Notes: a model not told the origin generated them from the letters alone. DNA of 64,000 bases from Pseudomonadota bacterium (GCA_021323675.1 JAJPKP010000071.1:64969-128968), one strand, 5' to 3'. Shown: positions 19,032-29,239, counted from the first letter of the stretch. Made by a program: numbers and translations.

Positions 19032-19721
19032 ATGCGGCTGCTGCGGTTTCAACCTCTCATTAACCTCGCAATTGCCGGCTTTTTCGCGATCGCGCTTAGC
19101 GGATGCATCGCCGGCTATTGGACCTACAACGCCTCCGGCGGAGGAAACGAGGGGGCCAACGGCGAGCAGCACGACACGCCATATCCCGCAAAAGACGCCC
19201 TCCATGTAACGGAGGACGTCCTGCGCGGAGAGGGCGTGCTCTTTCATCTGCAACCTGACGACAAGATCGAGACCGATTGGCGGCCGGCCGATACTCCGGC
19301 AAGCATGTGGGCAAGCATGCTCGGAGTGAATCCGCAGTACCGATACCTGATCGAAGTCGTTCCGACCGGAACGCACTCCAGCCGCATCGTCGCAAACGTC
19401 GAAACTCAGGACATCGCCGACAACGAGATGAATTCGTATCTGGCGAGCAAGAAGCTCCAGCTCTTCAGCAAGTTCGATCAGCTTGCGGCGCAATTCCCTC
19501 CCCCGTCTGGCACCCCGCGTGAAGGTGGCGTCAACTTCGCTCTGCTTCCCGGTGAAACGCTGAAAGCCCTTGCCAAACGAGCAACCGGCAACGAGGCAAA
19601 CTGGGAACAAATAGCCAAAGACAACGGCCTGACCTCGTCGACGGATCTGAGCACGATTCAGAGCGTATGGATTAGCGATTCTCTTCTGGCCCAAAAGAAG
19701 GGGATGACCGCTGCTCACTAA
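19032..19721 (+). CDS. Lipoprotein with C-terminal LysM-like domain
   Basis: Lipobox LSGC; C-terminal PGETLKALAKRATG...WEQIAKDNGL. Confidence 0.7.
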   Translation: MRLLRFQPLINLAIAGFFAIALSGCIAGYWTYNASGGGNEGANGEQHDTPYPAKDALHVTEDVLRGEGVLFHLQPDDKIETDWRPADTPASMWASMLGVNPQYRYLIEVVPTGTHSSRIVANVETQDIADNEMNSYLASKKLQLFSKFDQLAAQFPPPSGTPREGGVNFALLPGETLKALAKRATGNEANWEQIAKDNGLTSSTDLSTIQSVWISDSLLAQKKGMTAAH

Positions 19722-19770
19722 GCTCAAATCGGCGGCCGGAACGCCTGGACGCCTTTGGCCAGAAATGCAA

Positions 19771-19801
19771 AAGCGCGCTTCGGAATTGCCGAAACGCGCT
19801 T
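19771..19801. terminator. Hairpin between convergent genes
   Basis: AAGCGCGCTTCGG-aattg-CCGAAACGCGCTT (one mismatch). Confidence 0.4.
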
Positions 19802-19827
19802 CGCTTATCTGTCCTTTGCCTAACCGA

Positions 19828-20154
19828 CTAGTCGCTGAGCCCGAGTTCGGCGGGATCGTATTCCGGGCAGAGACCGGAAGGGCTGACCGCAGCAACCACG
19901 GCCAGAAACTGCTCGAAAGTCATCTGAAGGTTCAGAAACCCGCCCTGACAGAAAACCCATCCGTAGTAGTCCAGAATCTCGTCGGGAATCGAAACGGGCA
20001 GTTTCGGCAGAGTGTTGACGGTCGGGAAAGGGCGTGGTTCGCCGGGGGCTACCGTTTCAAACAGGCGAACATTGGAAGAATCCGCCTCGTCGTCGACGAT
20101 ACTTCCCTCGCGAAGCGGAATCACTTTGCCCCTGATACTCCGGCTCATAGCCAT
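19828..20154 (-). CDS. Hypothetical protein
   Basis: AGGAGG RBS upstream of ATG 20154; protein-like composition. Confidence 0.65.
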   Translation of the reverse strand: MAMSRSIRGKVIPLREGSIVDDEADSSNVRLFETVAPGEPRPFPTVNTLPKLPVSIPDEILDYYGWVFCQGGFLNLQMTFEQFLAVVAAVSPSGLCPEYDPAELGLSD

Positions 20155-20330
20155 AGGGCCTCCTGATAAGCAGACCACCCCACCGTCGATCTACCTGAGG
20201 CTAATTCTAGACCATGCGATATCGGGGTCAAGGGAAACTGAGGGTAACCCAGACCCATAAGATTTTGCGTTTATTGAAGCATAAGCGTGCATTTTTTTGC
20301 CAAACCTCCGGTTAACCGACGAATTTATCT

Positions 20331-21110
20331 ATGTTTTCTACGCTTCAAGCGGTCATTCTGGGCGCAATTCAGGGTCTCACCGAGTTTCTTCCCGTCTCCA
20401 GTTCGGCACATCTGATACTCGTTCCGTGGCTCTTCGGATGGGATGATCCGGGGCTTGCCTTCGATGTGGCCCTCCATCTCGGAACCCTGCTCGCGCTTCT
20501 CATCTATTACTGGAAGGTTTGGTTTGACCTCGCCCATTCCTTGATAACCGGACAAAAGGCATCTAGACGCCTTCTATTTCTGCTCATCGTTGCTTCTATT
20601 CCTGGCGCCCTTATCGGGCTGCTCCTTGAAAAAGAAGCTGAGACGATTTTCCGCTCGCCCCTGCTTATCGCCTGCACGATGTCGCTCCTGGGAATCGCCC
20701 TGTGGCTCTGTGACAAGGTTGCTCGTTCGACGCGGACGATGACCGAGTTGACCTTTACGGACGCGCTCCTGATAGGACTCAGCCAGGCTCTCGCCATCAT
20801 CCCGGGCGTGTCGAGGTCCGGGGCAACCATCACGATGGCGCGGGCGCTGGGCATCGAACGCGAGGATGCCGCCAATTTTTCGTTCCTGATGGCCACCCCG
20901 ATTATCGCGGGGGCGGGCCTGCTGGAAAGCCGAAAGCTGATGGCATCAGGAATACATGCCTCGCTCGTGCTGGGATTCGCCGCATCCGCCGTCTTTGGCA
21001 TCGCGGCGATTGCCGGACTTATCCGCTTTGTCCGCACCCGGACGTACAGCGTCTTTGCCTGGTATCGCCTGGCTCTCGCCGCCGTCGTGCTCCTCGCGAT
21101 ATTGGTCTGA
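20331..21110 (+). CDS. uppP: Undecaprenyl-diphosphate phosphatase (BacA)
   Basis: QGLTEFLPVSSSAHL, PGVSRSGAT and FSFLMATP. Confidence 0.96.
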   Translation: MFSTLQAVILGAIQGLTEFLPVSSSAHLILVPWLFGWDDPGLAFDVALHLGTLLALLIYYWKVWFDLAHSLITGQKASRRLLFLLIVASIPGALIGLLLEKEAETIFRSPLLIACTMSLLGIALWLCDKVARSTRTMTELTFTDALLIGLSQALAIIPGVSRSGATITMARALGIEREDAANFSFLMATPIIAGAGLLESRKLMASGIHASLVLGFAASAVFGIAAIAGLIRFVRTRTYSVFAWYRLALAAVVLLAILV

Positions 21111-21111
21111 C

Positions 21112-22107
21112 GTGGACGCTTCGGCATCGGCGGGCGAGGCTGCGGGGCGCCGGATTTCCCGCGCTCACGAGCGAAGCCGGGCCTTCAAGGCGGGTGTGGC
21201 GCTCGCGGTCGCCAATACGATCATCGGAGCGGGACAGCCCGCTCTCACCCGATGGGGAGCCGTCAATCTCGACCCGCTCCTCTTCTGCACCGGCGCGGTT
21301 GTGATAGCCGCGGTCTGCAGCATCTCGCTGCTCCAGATGCGCGGAGAGCTGAAGCTTCTTTTCGATCGCCGCTTCAGGCTGCGGCTGGCGGCGATGTCGG
21401 CGGTCGGGACGATCGCGACCAGCCTGCTCGTTACGTTCGGGATGACCCGGATTAACGCGATTGCCGCGACCATATTGCTGCAGACCGAACCGGTTTATTC
21501 GCTGCTGCTCGCGGTTGTTGTGGTCAAGGAACGGCCATCGGGGCGGCAACTGCTCGCCACGGCGACGATTTTAGTCGGCATCGCCTCGGTGTTTGGCGCG
21601 GGAGGAACTTTTTCGCCGATGTGGGCGGCGACGATGGTACTGATAACTCCGCTGTTCTGGCAGAGCTCGCACGTGATGGGGCTCAGGCTGATGCCGCCGC
21701 TTTCGCCGTTGACGGTGACGGCGGGCCGGATGGTCTACGCCGCTCTCGGCCTTGGCCTCCTGTTGATTCTGACCCGTCCGGGGACATTGCCGCAGGCGGC
21801 CGGTCCGCAGGCGATGGCGGTGATCGCGGTTACCGGGTTTTTCATCTACTTCCTGAGCGCCCTTACCTGGTACGGCGCGATAAGCCGGTTGTCATTGGCG
21901 TGGACCACGGCGCTGGTCGTACCGGCGATACCGCTGCTTTCGATTCTTTTCGCGATCGTCTTTCTGGGCGAGCATGCGACCAGCCGCGAGATCCTTGGCG
22001 TGCTTATCGCGATCGCTGGAGTTCTTGCGCTGGTACTCGGATCCGACGCTCACCGAAAACATCCCGATCCCGAAGCGGCGGAGGCAATCCATCAACCGCT
22101 TGCGTGA
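21112..22107 (+). CDS. DMT/EamA family transporter
   Basis: About 10 TM helices in two repeats ending VKER and FLGEH; GTG start just after the uppP stop. Confidence 0.85.
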   Translation: MDASASAGEAAGRRISRAHERSRAFKAGVALAVANTIIGAGQPALTRWGAVNLDPLLFCTGAVVIAAVCSISLLQMRGELKLLFDRRFRLRLAAMSAVGTIATSLLVTFGMTRINAIAATILLQTEPVYSLLLAVVVVKERPSGRQLLATATILVGIASVFGAGGTFSPMWAATMVLITPLFWQSSHVMGLRLMPPLSPLTVTAGRMVYAALGLGLLLILTRPGTLPQAAGPQAMAVIAVTGFFIYFLSALTWYGAISRLSLAWTTALVVPAIPLLSILFAIVFLGEHATSREILGVLIAIAGVLALVLGSDAHRKHPDPEAAEAIHQPLA

Positions 22108-22232
22108 GAACGCAACCCTTGCAAGGTAAATTTTCCAATTGACTATGGTGGCCGCGACGAATTAAGTCAGCGGATTAGCACCCAAACGCCGGCGGTTCGC
22201 CGCCGCATCCAAACCAGACGAGGAAACCAATC

Positions 22233-22436
22233 ATGGCCCGACTCGTGAGGCACGACGCCAACGCTCCATACGAAATTCCCGAAGGGACGGAGCTGCCCGT
22301 TTACATCTGCGCTTGCGGCCTTTCGAAGAACAAGCCGTTCTGCGACGGTACCCACAAGAAAACGCGGGACGAGAACGCGGAAGATACCTACGTCTACGAC
22401 GACGCCGGGCGCGCCCGCGTCATCAAGCAGTACTAG
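22233..22436 (+). CDS. CDGSH iron-sulfur domain protein
   Basis: CACGLSKNKPFCDGTH. Confidence 0.92.
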   Translation: MARLVRHDANAPYEIPEGTELPVYICACGLSKNKPFCDGTHKKTRDENAEDTYVYDDAGRARVIKQY

Positions 22437-22443
22437 GCTGTGA

Positions 22444-22471
22444 GTCCGGGGCGGGACGACCCGCCCCGGAC
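22444..22471. terminator. Perfect 12-bp hairpin between convergent genes
   Basis: GTCCGGGGCGGG-acga-CCCGCCCCGGAC. Confidence 0.55.
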
Positions 22472-22504
22472 CGAATCGAAGTCAAAGACCGCGCCGGCCG
22501 CGCG

Positions 22505-23335
22505 TCAGTGCATCTCGACGCCGCCGCAGATGTTCAGCGCCTGCCCGGTCATGTAGCCTCCGTCGTCGGACGCGAGAAACGCGACCACGTTGGCCACATC
22601 GTCGCCGGTTTCCATCCGGCCCATCGGCACCTGGTCCACAAATGTCTTGATCACCTGCTCGCGGTTAAGATTGCGGGTGACGCCGACCATATTGATGAGA
22701 CCTTCGAGGAGCTGGGTTTCCACGAAGCCGGGGCATACCGCATTGACCGTGATGCCGAACTGTCCCAGTTCGAGCGCCAGGCTGCGGGTTAATCCGATGA
22801 CGCCGTGCTTGGCGGCGCAATAGGCGGCCATGCCGGGACCGCCGCGCTTGCCGGCAATCGAGGCGGTATTGATGATTCTGCCGCCGCGGCCGCCCGCGAT
22901 GATCCTGGGAGCAACGTGCTTCGCGCACAAAAACGCGCCCGTCAGGTTCATCGCGACCGTTCGGTTCCACGAATCGAGGGTCTGCTGAACGACGGGTCCG
23001 CCGCCAACGCCGCCGCCGGCGTTGTTGCACAGGATGTCGATACGGCCGAATTCCTTCATCGCCGCCTCCGTCATCCGGGCGACTTCGCCTTCGTCGGTCA
23101 CATCGACCTTGACGGCGATTGCGCGCCGTCCGAGGTCGCGGATGGTGGCGGCTACGCGCTCGAGTTCCTCCATCTGTCCGAACCTGGCATCTGGATATTC
23201 CGAGATCGAGCGGCAGAAATCGGCAGCCACGATATGCGCGCCCTCGCGCGCAAGCCGCATCGCGATCGCGCGTCCGATCCCGCGATCGCGCGCGCACCCG
23301 GTCACAATTGCCACCTTGTCTTGCAATCTCATCAT
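22505..23335 (-). CDS. SDR with mycofactocin-type insertion loop
   Basis: TGCARDRGIG, ADFCRSISEYPDARFGQMEEL insertion, NNAG and YCAAKHG. Confidence 0.85.
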   Translation of the reverse strand: MMRLQDKVAIVTGCARDRGIGRAIAMRLAREGAHIVAADFCRSISEYPDARFGQMEELERVAATIRDLGRRAIAVKVDVTDEGEVARMTEAAMKEFGRIDILCNNAGGGVGGGPVVQQTLDSWNRTVAMNLTGAFLCAKHVAPRIIAGGRGGRIINTASIAGKRGGPGMAAYCAAKHGVIGLTRSLALELGQFGITVNAVCPGFVETQLLEGLINMVGVTRNLNREQVIKTFVDQVPMGRMETGDDVANVVAFLASDDGGYMTGQALNICGGVEMH

Positions 23336-23444
23336 TATTGCTCCTGCCGGTTCGATTCCCGCCGCTGACGGAGCGATGCGCCGCCAGAATCTCGCACAGC
23401 GATGCCGGCGCCGGTATGTTAATCGGTGCCGCGGTCGCTTGGAA

Positions 23445-25385
23445 ATGAATAACAGGCTGGAGAGCGCAAGACAGGACGACGAGACCGAACCGCCCGTTGC
23501 GGTCGCGACATCATCGGCAGCACCGCCGGACACAACCGACTCCGCGATCGCGAGGCTCGCGGCGCCGCGCTTTGCCGTGCCGATCCTGATTGCGCTCGGC
23601 GCGGTGCTGTTTCTCTCCAACCTGGGCGGATACCCCCTTTATACCAAGGGGGAGCCCCGCGAGGCGGTAACGGTGCTGGGGATGCTGCATGGGGCGGGAA
23701 TCCTCCTGCCCCTGCGCGCCGGAGTCGAAATTCCATCGAAGCCGCTGTTGATGCACTGGATGGCGGCGGCGGTTTGCTGGGCCTTGGGCGGCGTGACGGA
23801 ATTTTCCGTGCGGTTGCCTTCCGCGATACTCGCGATCGCGGGCATGCTGGTCTGCTACTTCTACGGGCGAAAATTGTTCGATGAGGCCGCAGCGCTTCTG
23901 GCGGCTGTTTTTCTCGGCACGACTTTTCAGTATCTGCAGGCCGGAACGGGAGCGCGCGTCGATATGACGCTGACGTTCTTTCTGGAAGTGGCTTTCTTCG
24001 AATTCATCTCCATCGCAGAGGGCCTCACGGAGCGCCGGCTCCTGCTTTATGCCGCCATCGCCCTCGCGATCCTGGCCAAAGGCCCGGTCGGACTGGCCCT
24101 GCCGGTCATCGTGGCTGTCGTCTGGATGGTTCTCTATCGTCGATGGAGTTTGATCGGCGAACTCGACCTGTTTCGCGGCGCCGCGATCGTCGCAGTTCTG
24201 GGCGGGGGATGGTACGTGGCGGCGGCTTATATCGGCGGGATGGAGTTCGTGCGCAAGCAGATCTTCGCCGAGAATTTCCAGCGCTTCATCGGCGGTCCCG
24301 GCTTCCACGAAGGCCACGCCCATCCGTTTTATTACCTCGAGTTCGCTCTGGTCGGCGGATATCTGCCGTGGAGTTTCCTTTTGCCCGTGCCAGTCATTCA
24401 GGCCATTCGCCGCCGCCTGAAGCTCAATTCCAGGCTCGCGTATTTGTTCATCTGGGCGGGTGTGGTGCTCGCCTTTTACAGTATCGCGGAGAGCAAACGC
24501 GGAGTTTATCTGCTTGGCCTGTATCCGGCGCTCGCGACGATTCTTGCGGTTTATATCGAGGATGCGATCCGAGAAGGGGGCGCCGCGATCGCGCGCTACC
24601 TCGCTTATCTGACCACGCTGGCAGGCATCGCGATGCTGCTGGCGGGAATCGCGGCGCTGGTCGCGATCGCGGTCATTATCGTGTCGCCGGCGACGATGCG
24701 TGATTTCTTTGCGTTCTGGGGAATCACTGCGGCGGGGTTCGTTCCAGCGCTCAGCTCTCAAATTGCCGATCGATGGATTCTTGCCGCCCTGCTGCCGATG
24801 GGGTTCGAAATTCTGGGCGTGATCGCGCTGCGCTCGCGGTCGGCGATGAGCCGGCTGATTGCACTGATCACCGCCGCTACCGCGGCAGGAGCGTTGGCGG
24901 CGAACTTCGTCGTAGTTCCCGCTATCGCCACGACGCTCTCGCTGAGAACCTTCGCGCTCGAGATGGTGAACATGGTCGGTTCCAACCGGGTCGGATATCT
25001 CGGCGCGCTCGACTACGACGTCGCGTTCTACAGCGCAAAGGTAATCCCGATCGTCCATCTGACCGATCCCGATCTGCCCGACTACCTGATTTGCTGGCAG
25101 ACCATATACCGGCGCCTGCCCGAGGAGCAGAAGGCGCGCTTCGCGGTCGCACTGACCAGCAACCCGACGGAGCTGGATGGGAGCGGAGCGATGGTGCTGC
25201 TCAGGCGCACTACGCTTCCGCAGCCTGATTCGAACTCTCTGAAAGTACGATTCGATCCCGAAACGGAAAGCTACGACGCGCGCGAGCGGCGCAGGCTGGA
25301 GACCGCCTTTACCAGCCTCGGCAACACGTCGGCGGAGCCTCCGCCCAGGCTGAAGTCGCAAACGCGCGTGATTTCGGACTCGTAG
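23445..25385 (+). CDS. ArnT/PMT-family (GT-C) membrane glycosyltransferase
   Basis: GEPREA, KPLLMHW, EFSVRLPSA, RVDM, LAKGPVG, HPFYY and SKRGVYLL. Confidence 0.88.
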   Translation: MNNRLESARQDDETEPPVAVATSSAAPPDTTDSAIARLAAPRFAVPILIALGAVLFLSNLGGYPLYTKGEPREAVTVLGMLHGAGILLPLRAGVEIPSKPLLMHWMAAAVCWALGGVTEFSVRLPSAILAIAGMLVCYFYGRKLFDEAAALLAAVFLGTTFQYLQAGTGARVDMTLTFFLEVAFFEFISIAEGLTERRLLLYAAIALAILAKGPVGLALPVIVAVVWMVLYRRWSLIGELDLFRGAAIVAVLGGGWYVAAAYIGGMEFVRKQIFAENFQRFIGGPGFHEGHAHPFYYLEFALVGGYLPWSFLLPVPVIQAIRRRLKLNSRLAYLFIWAGVVLAFYSIAESKRGVYLLGLYPALATILAVYIEDAIREGGAAIARYLAYLTTLAGIAMLLAGIAALVAIAVIIVSPATMRDFFAFWGITAAGFVPALSSQIADRWILAALLPMGFEILGVIALRSRSAMSRLIALITAATAAGALAANFVVVPAIATTLSLRTFALEMVNMVGSNRVGYLGALDYDVAFYSAKVIPIVHLTDPDLPDYLICWQTIYRRLPEEQKARFAVALTSNPTELDGSGAMVLLRRTTLPQPDSNSLKVRFDPETESYDARERRRLETAFTSLGNTSAEPPPRLKSQTRVISDS

Positions 25386-26071
25386 AGATTTACCTCTATC
25401 ATTACTCCGCCCCGCTGCTTTACTTCCAGCGCGAATCCGGCCGCCGGGTAAACCGTGGCGGAGGTGCCGGCCACGATGACCAGATCGGCTTTGGCGGCGT
25501 GCGTGGCGCAGAGATGCAACACATCGGAGGGAATTGGCTCGCCGAATGACACTGTATCGCTCTTGAGAATCCCGCCGCATTCGGGGCATCGCGGCGGCAA
25601 CACACTGAAGTCCACCTGCTCGCGCCGAAAACGCAGGTTGCAGTCCAGGCATCGGATCAGCTTCCAATTGCCGTGAATCTCGGCGAGGGACTTCTGTCCC
25701 GCCTGCCGATGCAGGTCATCGACGTTCTGCGTAATCACAAAGCGGAGCACGCCGATCGATTCCAGTTCGGCGAGCGCGAAGTGGCCTGGGTTCGGCTTTG
25801 CCTCGGTCAGCGGCTTGTAGAATTCGTCATTGCGCGTGCTCAGGCGCTCCTCCCAGGCTTTTTTGGGATTCGCCATAAAGCGCTGAAACTGGTTCATCGG
25901 GGGCTCGCCGTACTTGGTCCAGAGGCCGCCGGGACCACGAAACGGAGGGATGCCGCTTTCGACCGACATGCCCGCGCCGGTCAGGGCGATCGGATAGCCG
26001 GCATCGAGGATGGCTTCGGCCGCGCTCTGAATCTCTTCATCCGTTGCTTTTCTGGGTGTCTCGCTGCTCAT
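25271..26071 (-). CDS. cobB: NAD-dependent protein deacylase (sirtuin)
   Basis: TGAGMSVESGIPPFRG, TQNVDDLH, EIHG, CxxC...CxxC and GTSATVYPAA. Confidence 0.9.
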   Translation of the reverse strand: MSSETPRKATDEEIQSAAEAILDAGYPIALTGAGMSVESGIPPFRGPGGLWTKYGEPPMNQFQRFMANPKKAWEERLSTRNDEFYKPLTEAKPNPGHFALAELESIGVLRFVITQNVDDLHRQAGQKSLAEIHGNWKLIRCLDCNLRFRREQVDFSVLPPRCPECGGILKSDTVSFGEPIPSDVLHLCATHAAKADLVIVAGTSATVYPAAGFALEVKQRGGVMIEVNLYESEITRVCDFSLGGGSADVLPRLVKAVSSLRRSRAS

Positions 26072-26198
26072 GCGAATATCCCCGCATCGCGGAAACGGGA
26101 CGGCCACGCCCCATTCCATCAGCCTATCGCACAAGCAATCGAATGCGGCAAGCTCATCCAATCTGAGAGCAGACGTGGACGATGAGATTGGCGGGGTA

Positions 26199-26384
26199 AT
26201 GCGGATTCGCCATCGAGGCAGCGGGGTTCGGGAGGTCGTCGCGGTCTTCGGGACGACAGCCGAACAAGCCACCGCCAACGTCCTCAAAGAAGGGGCCGAG
26301 TCGCCCAGATTGCCGCGCAGCGGCGAAGTTACTATCGAAGCGGATAGCCGCCTCATTGGAAAGCGAGAGGTTCATCTTGTGTGA
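26199..26384 (+). CDS. Small hypothetical protein (61 aa)
   Basis: G-rich RBS-like stretch before ATG; lies upstream of the GNAT gene on the same strand. Confidence 0.3.
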   Translation: MRIRHRGSGVREVVAVFGTTAEQATANVLKEGAESPRLPRSGEVTIEADSRLIGKREVHLV

Positions 26385-26424
26385 TTGATTGACGACGAGA
26401 GCCCGCAAGCGATAGTCAGCCGAT

Positions 26425-26862
26425 ATGGATCAAGCGCTGGAGGTTGTTCATGCGAGCACGCCGCAGCAGATGGCGCAGGCGTGGACGATTCGCCGCCGGG
26501 TGTTTATCGAGGAGCAGCACGTACCTGAAGAGATCGAACTCGACGAGGATGACGCGCGCGCCTTTCATGCGCTGGCCCGGCTTGGGACGCGCGCGGTCGG
26601 ATGCGGCAGATTCGTCGCCCTCGGCGATGACGAGATAAAGATCGGCAGGATGGCGGTGCTGCGCGAGCTGCGCGGACGCGATATCGGACGCGCGATTCTC
26701 AATTTCCTGATGGACGAGGCGCGCCGTCAGGGTTTTCGGCGCGCCGTGCTGCACGCACAGTTGTCAGCGGAAGGGTTCTACCTGAAGCACGGCTTCGAGC
26801 CGAGGGGAGAGGTCTTCGAAGAAGCAGGCATCCCGCATCGGAAGATGGAACGGCCGCTGTAG
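26425..26862 (+). CDS. GNAT acetyltransferase (YjcF/ElaA-like)
   Basis: IRRRVFIEEQ, KIGRMAV...RGRDIG, LHAQ, FYLKHGF and EAGIPH. Confidence 0.92.
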   Translation: MDQALEVVHASTPQQMAQAWTIRRRVFIEEQHVPEEIELDEDDARAFHALARLGTRAVGCGRFVALGDDEIKIGRMAVLRELRGRDIGRAILNFLMDEARRQGFRRAVLHAQLSAEGFYLKHGFEPRGEVFEEAGIPHRKMERPL

Positions 26863-26902
26863 CGGCGCCGTCGGCTCCGCCCGACGCGGCTCAGCGCGCG
26901 TG

Positions 26903-27733
26903 TTATCCAAGATCCGCGGCGAATTCTTCGATCGCTCTGGCCACCGCGTCGGGCTTCTCGAGAAGCACGTGATGGTGCGCGGCGGGGACGGTGATAAGGC
27001 GGACATGCCGATTGGCCTCGCGAGCCGATGCCGCCGCTTCCGCCGTCATGATCCTGCTCATCTCCGCGCGCAGCAGGAGCGTCGGCAGCCGGACCGCCCG
27101 GATCGCCTCCATCGCGTCGATTCCGTCGCCGCCGAAAAAGCTCTCGCGATCGAACTTGAGCGTCCATCGGCCTTCGTCGGTGATAGCCAGGCTCTTCTCC
27201 GCAATCGCGTTAAGCGTCGCGGACGGGATGTCGCCCTCGTTCGGCATCAGGCGAAAACGCTCCTTCGCGGTCTCGAGGTCGGGATAGGTCACGACCGGCA
27301 ATGACTTGAGGCGTTGCAGAAAGCGGTCGCGGCGGCGGGTGGAAGTGATTGCCGCGTCGATTATTACGGCGGCGCGCGCCATGCGGCCGTGATGGGCGGC
27401 GAAGGCGAGCGTGGTCAGGCCGCCCATGCTGTGCCCCACCACGATCGGCTTTTCATCGCCGCGGGCGACGTGGCGGAGAAATGCCGCCAGGTCGCCCGCA
27501 TAGTCGGCGGGCGTGTACGCCGCCGGTCGCACCCATTCGCTGTCGCCGTGGCCGCGCTGATCCAGCGCTATCAATCTGAACGCGCGCGGCATCTCGCGCG
27601 CGACCGGCTCCCACCACCATGCGTTGGCGGAATTGCCGTGCAGCAAAACCACCGTGGTGCTACCCGACGGGTTCCATTCGAGGTAGTGCAGACGCGGCGA
27701 AGAATCGACCAGATGGCTTGAAGGCTCGGTCAT
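26903..27733 (-). CDS. Alpha/beta hydrolase
   Basis: LLHG, DQRGHGDS, GHSMGG and C-terminal His. Confidence 0.92.
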   Translation of the reverse strand: MTEPSSHLVDSSPRLHYLEWNPSGSTTVVLLHGNSANAWWWEPVAREMPRAFRLIALDQRGHGDSEWVRPAAYTPADYAGDLAAFLRHVARGDEKPIVVGHSMGGLTTLAFAAHHGRMARAAVIIDAAITSTRRRDRFLQRLKSLPVVTYPDLETAKERFRLMPNEGDIPSATLNAIAEKSLAITDEGRWTLKFDRESFFGGDGIDAMEAIRAVRLPTLLLRAEMSRIMTAEAAASAREANRHVRLITVPAAHHHVLLEKPDAVARAIEEFAADLG

Positions 27734-28545
27734 GGAAGCAGGGCGGTAAACTCCTTGAGCGCCGCTATCAATGCGACCGGATTGTCGAACATCACGTGAT
27801 GGAAGGAATCGCCGATCTCCGCAAGCGAGCCCTTCGGCAGCGTCGCGACCATCCGGCGCGCCGCCTCAATGTCCAGAACGGGACTGCGGGTCACCTTGAC
27901 GATTAGCGCCGGACACTCGATCTGCGACAACTGATCCCACACCTGCAGCGGTTCGCGTATCAGTGTGCGGCGATCCAGCTTGTGTGTCCAGCTACCGTCT
28001 TCGAGCTTGCGGTAAGTGTGGCGGGCGATGTGGCTCAGGATTTCCTTGCGCGCAAGCGTCTCGCGCGGCAGGACCTTGAAGCTTGCCACCGCCTCTTCCA
28101 GAGATTCGAAGCGCCGCGGAGGTTTGACGGCGTAAGTTCGCAGAAACTCGACCGCGCGTTCCGAATAGTCGGGCGGCGTGTCGATCGCGATCATGGCGCG
28201 CAGCCTGGCGCTGTTGCGCGACGCATAGACCAGGACGTTGTGCGCCCCCATCGAATGTCCGATGAGAACAGGAGCCCCAAATCCCCAGTTGTTGATTATC
28301 TGCTCGAGGTCGGAGACGTAGTCGAGCGAGCTGTATTGCCATTCCTTCGGCCACTGGCTTTCGCCATGGCCTCGCTGGTCGAGCGCAAGCACGTGGAAGT
28401 CGTCAACAAAGGCCGGCGCGATGAAGTCCCACCAATGCGCATGCGCCGAGCCGCCGTGAATGAAAAGCATCGGGGGTTTCCCCGCCCCCCCGTAGTCGAG
28501 ACAGTTGAGGACCAGTCCGTTGGCACGAAATCGAAGCTGCTTCAT
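27730..28545 (-). CDS. Alpha/beta hydrolase (tandem paralog)
   Basis: FIHGG, DQRGHGES, GHSMGA and SFHH. Confidence 0.92.
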   Translation of the reverse strand: MKQLRFRANGLVLNCLDYGGAGKPPMLFIHGGSAHAHWWDFIAPAFVDDFHVLALDQRGHGESQWPKEWQYSSLDYVSDLEQIINNWGFGAPVLIGHSMGAHNVLVYASRNSARLRAMIAIDTPPDYSERAVEFLRTYAVKPPRRFESLEEAVASFKVLPRETLARKEILSHIARHTYRKLEDGSWTHKLDRRTLIREPLQVWDQLSQIECPALIVKVTRSPVLDIEAARRMVATLPKGSLAEIGDSFHHVMFDNPVALIAALKEFTALLP

Positions 28546-28660
28546 TTCCCCGCGTTCTTCCCCCTGATACCGGCAATTCCGCCTATCAATGGCCTATGCC
28601 CCGGCGCCTTTGCAACCCGCGCCGTTCATGTCACGATTTGATACACCGATGGTGCCTTGC

Positions 28661-29239
28661 ATGCTTGCCGTTCGCCGGCGTTCAGGATTTTTTCGCAGCC
28701 GCGCCGGCTCCGCTATTGTAGCCGTTCTTTCAGTCCTTTTGTTGGCGACTCGAAGCGCAATGGCCCAGGACAATTCCGCGAAGGCCCGGGCGCTGGTGAA
28801 CTCCGCAATCCAGATGACCGACAGCAAGGAGGCGGTGAAGCTGCTCTGGCAGGCAACCGACCTCGACCCGACGCTGGAAGACCCCTACGTCTATCTCGGC
28901 GTCTATTACAACTCGCGCTCCGATTTCGACGGGATGATCAAGGTTTACCAGAAGCTGATCAAATATCGTCCCAACGAAGTCAGCGCTTACCTGAATATCG
29001 GCGAGGCGTACATGTCTTTCAGCCCGCCCCGCACCCAGGAAGCGCTTGGCTATTACAAGAAAGCATACGCGCTCGATCCCAAAAACTCCTGGACCGCGCT
29101 CAGGATCGGGCAAATCCTCGCCCAGCAGGGTAACCGCGACGAGTCGGTGAAATATCTGAAACAGGCGCTGGCAGACACCAGGAATCCGTCGGCATCTTCA
29201 GAAGCGGAGAAGATGCTGCGCCAGATGGGCATGCTGTAA
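28661..29239 (+). CDS. Exported TPR-repeat protein
   Basis: Signal peptide ending AMA; TPR repeats (YVYLGVYY, AYLNIGEAY, ALRIGQIL). Start uncertain. Confidence 0.8.
   Translation: MLAVRRRSGFFRSRAGSAIVAVLSVLLLATRSAMAQDNSAKARALVNSAIQMTDSKEAVKLLWQATDLDPTLEDPYVYLGVYYNSRSDFDGMIKVYQKLIKYRPNEVSAYLNIGEAYMSFSPPRTQEALGYYKKAYALDPKNSWTALRIGQILAQQGNRDESVKYLKQALADTRNPSASSEAEKMLRQMGML

Noticed and set aside
20287..20304. Sigma54-like promoter on the minus strand (TTGGCAAAAAAATGCA)
   Set aside because: The GG-to-GC spacing is 9 nt rather than the required 10.
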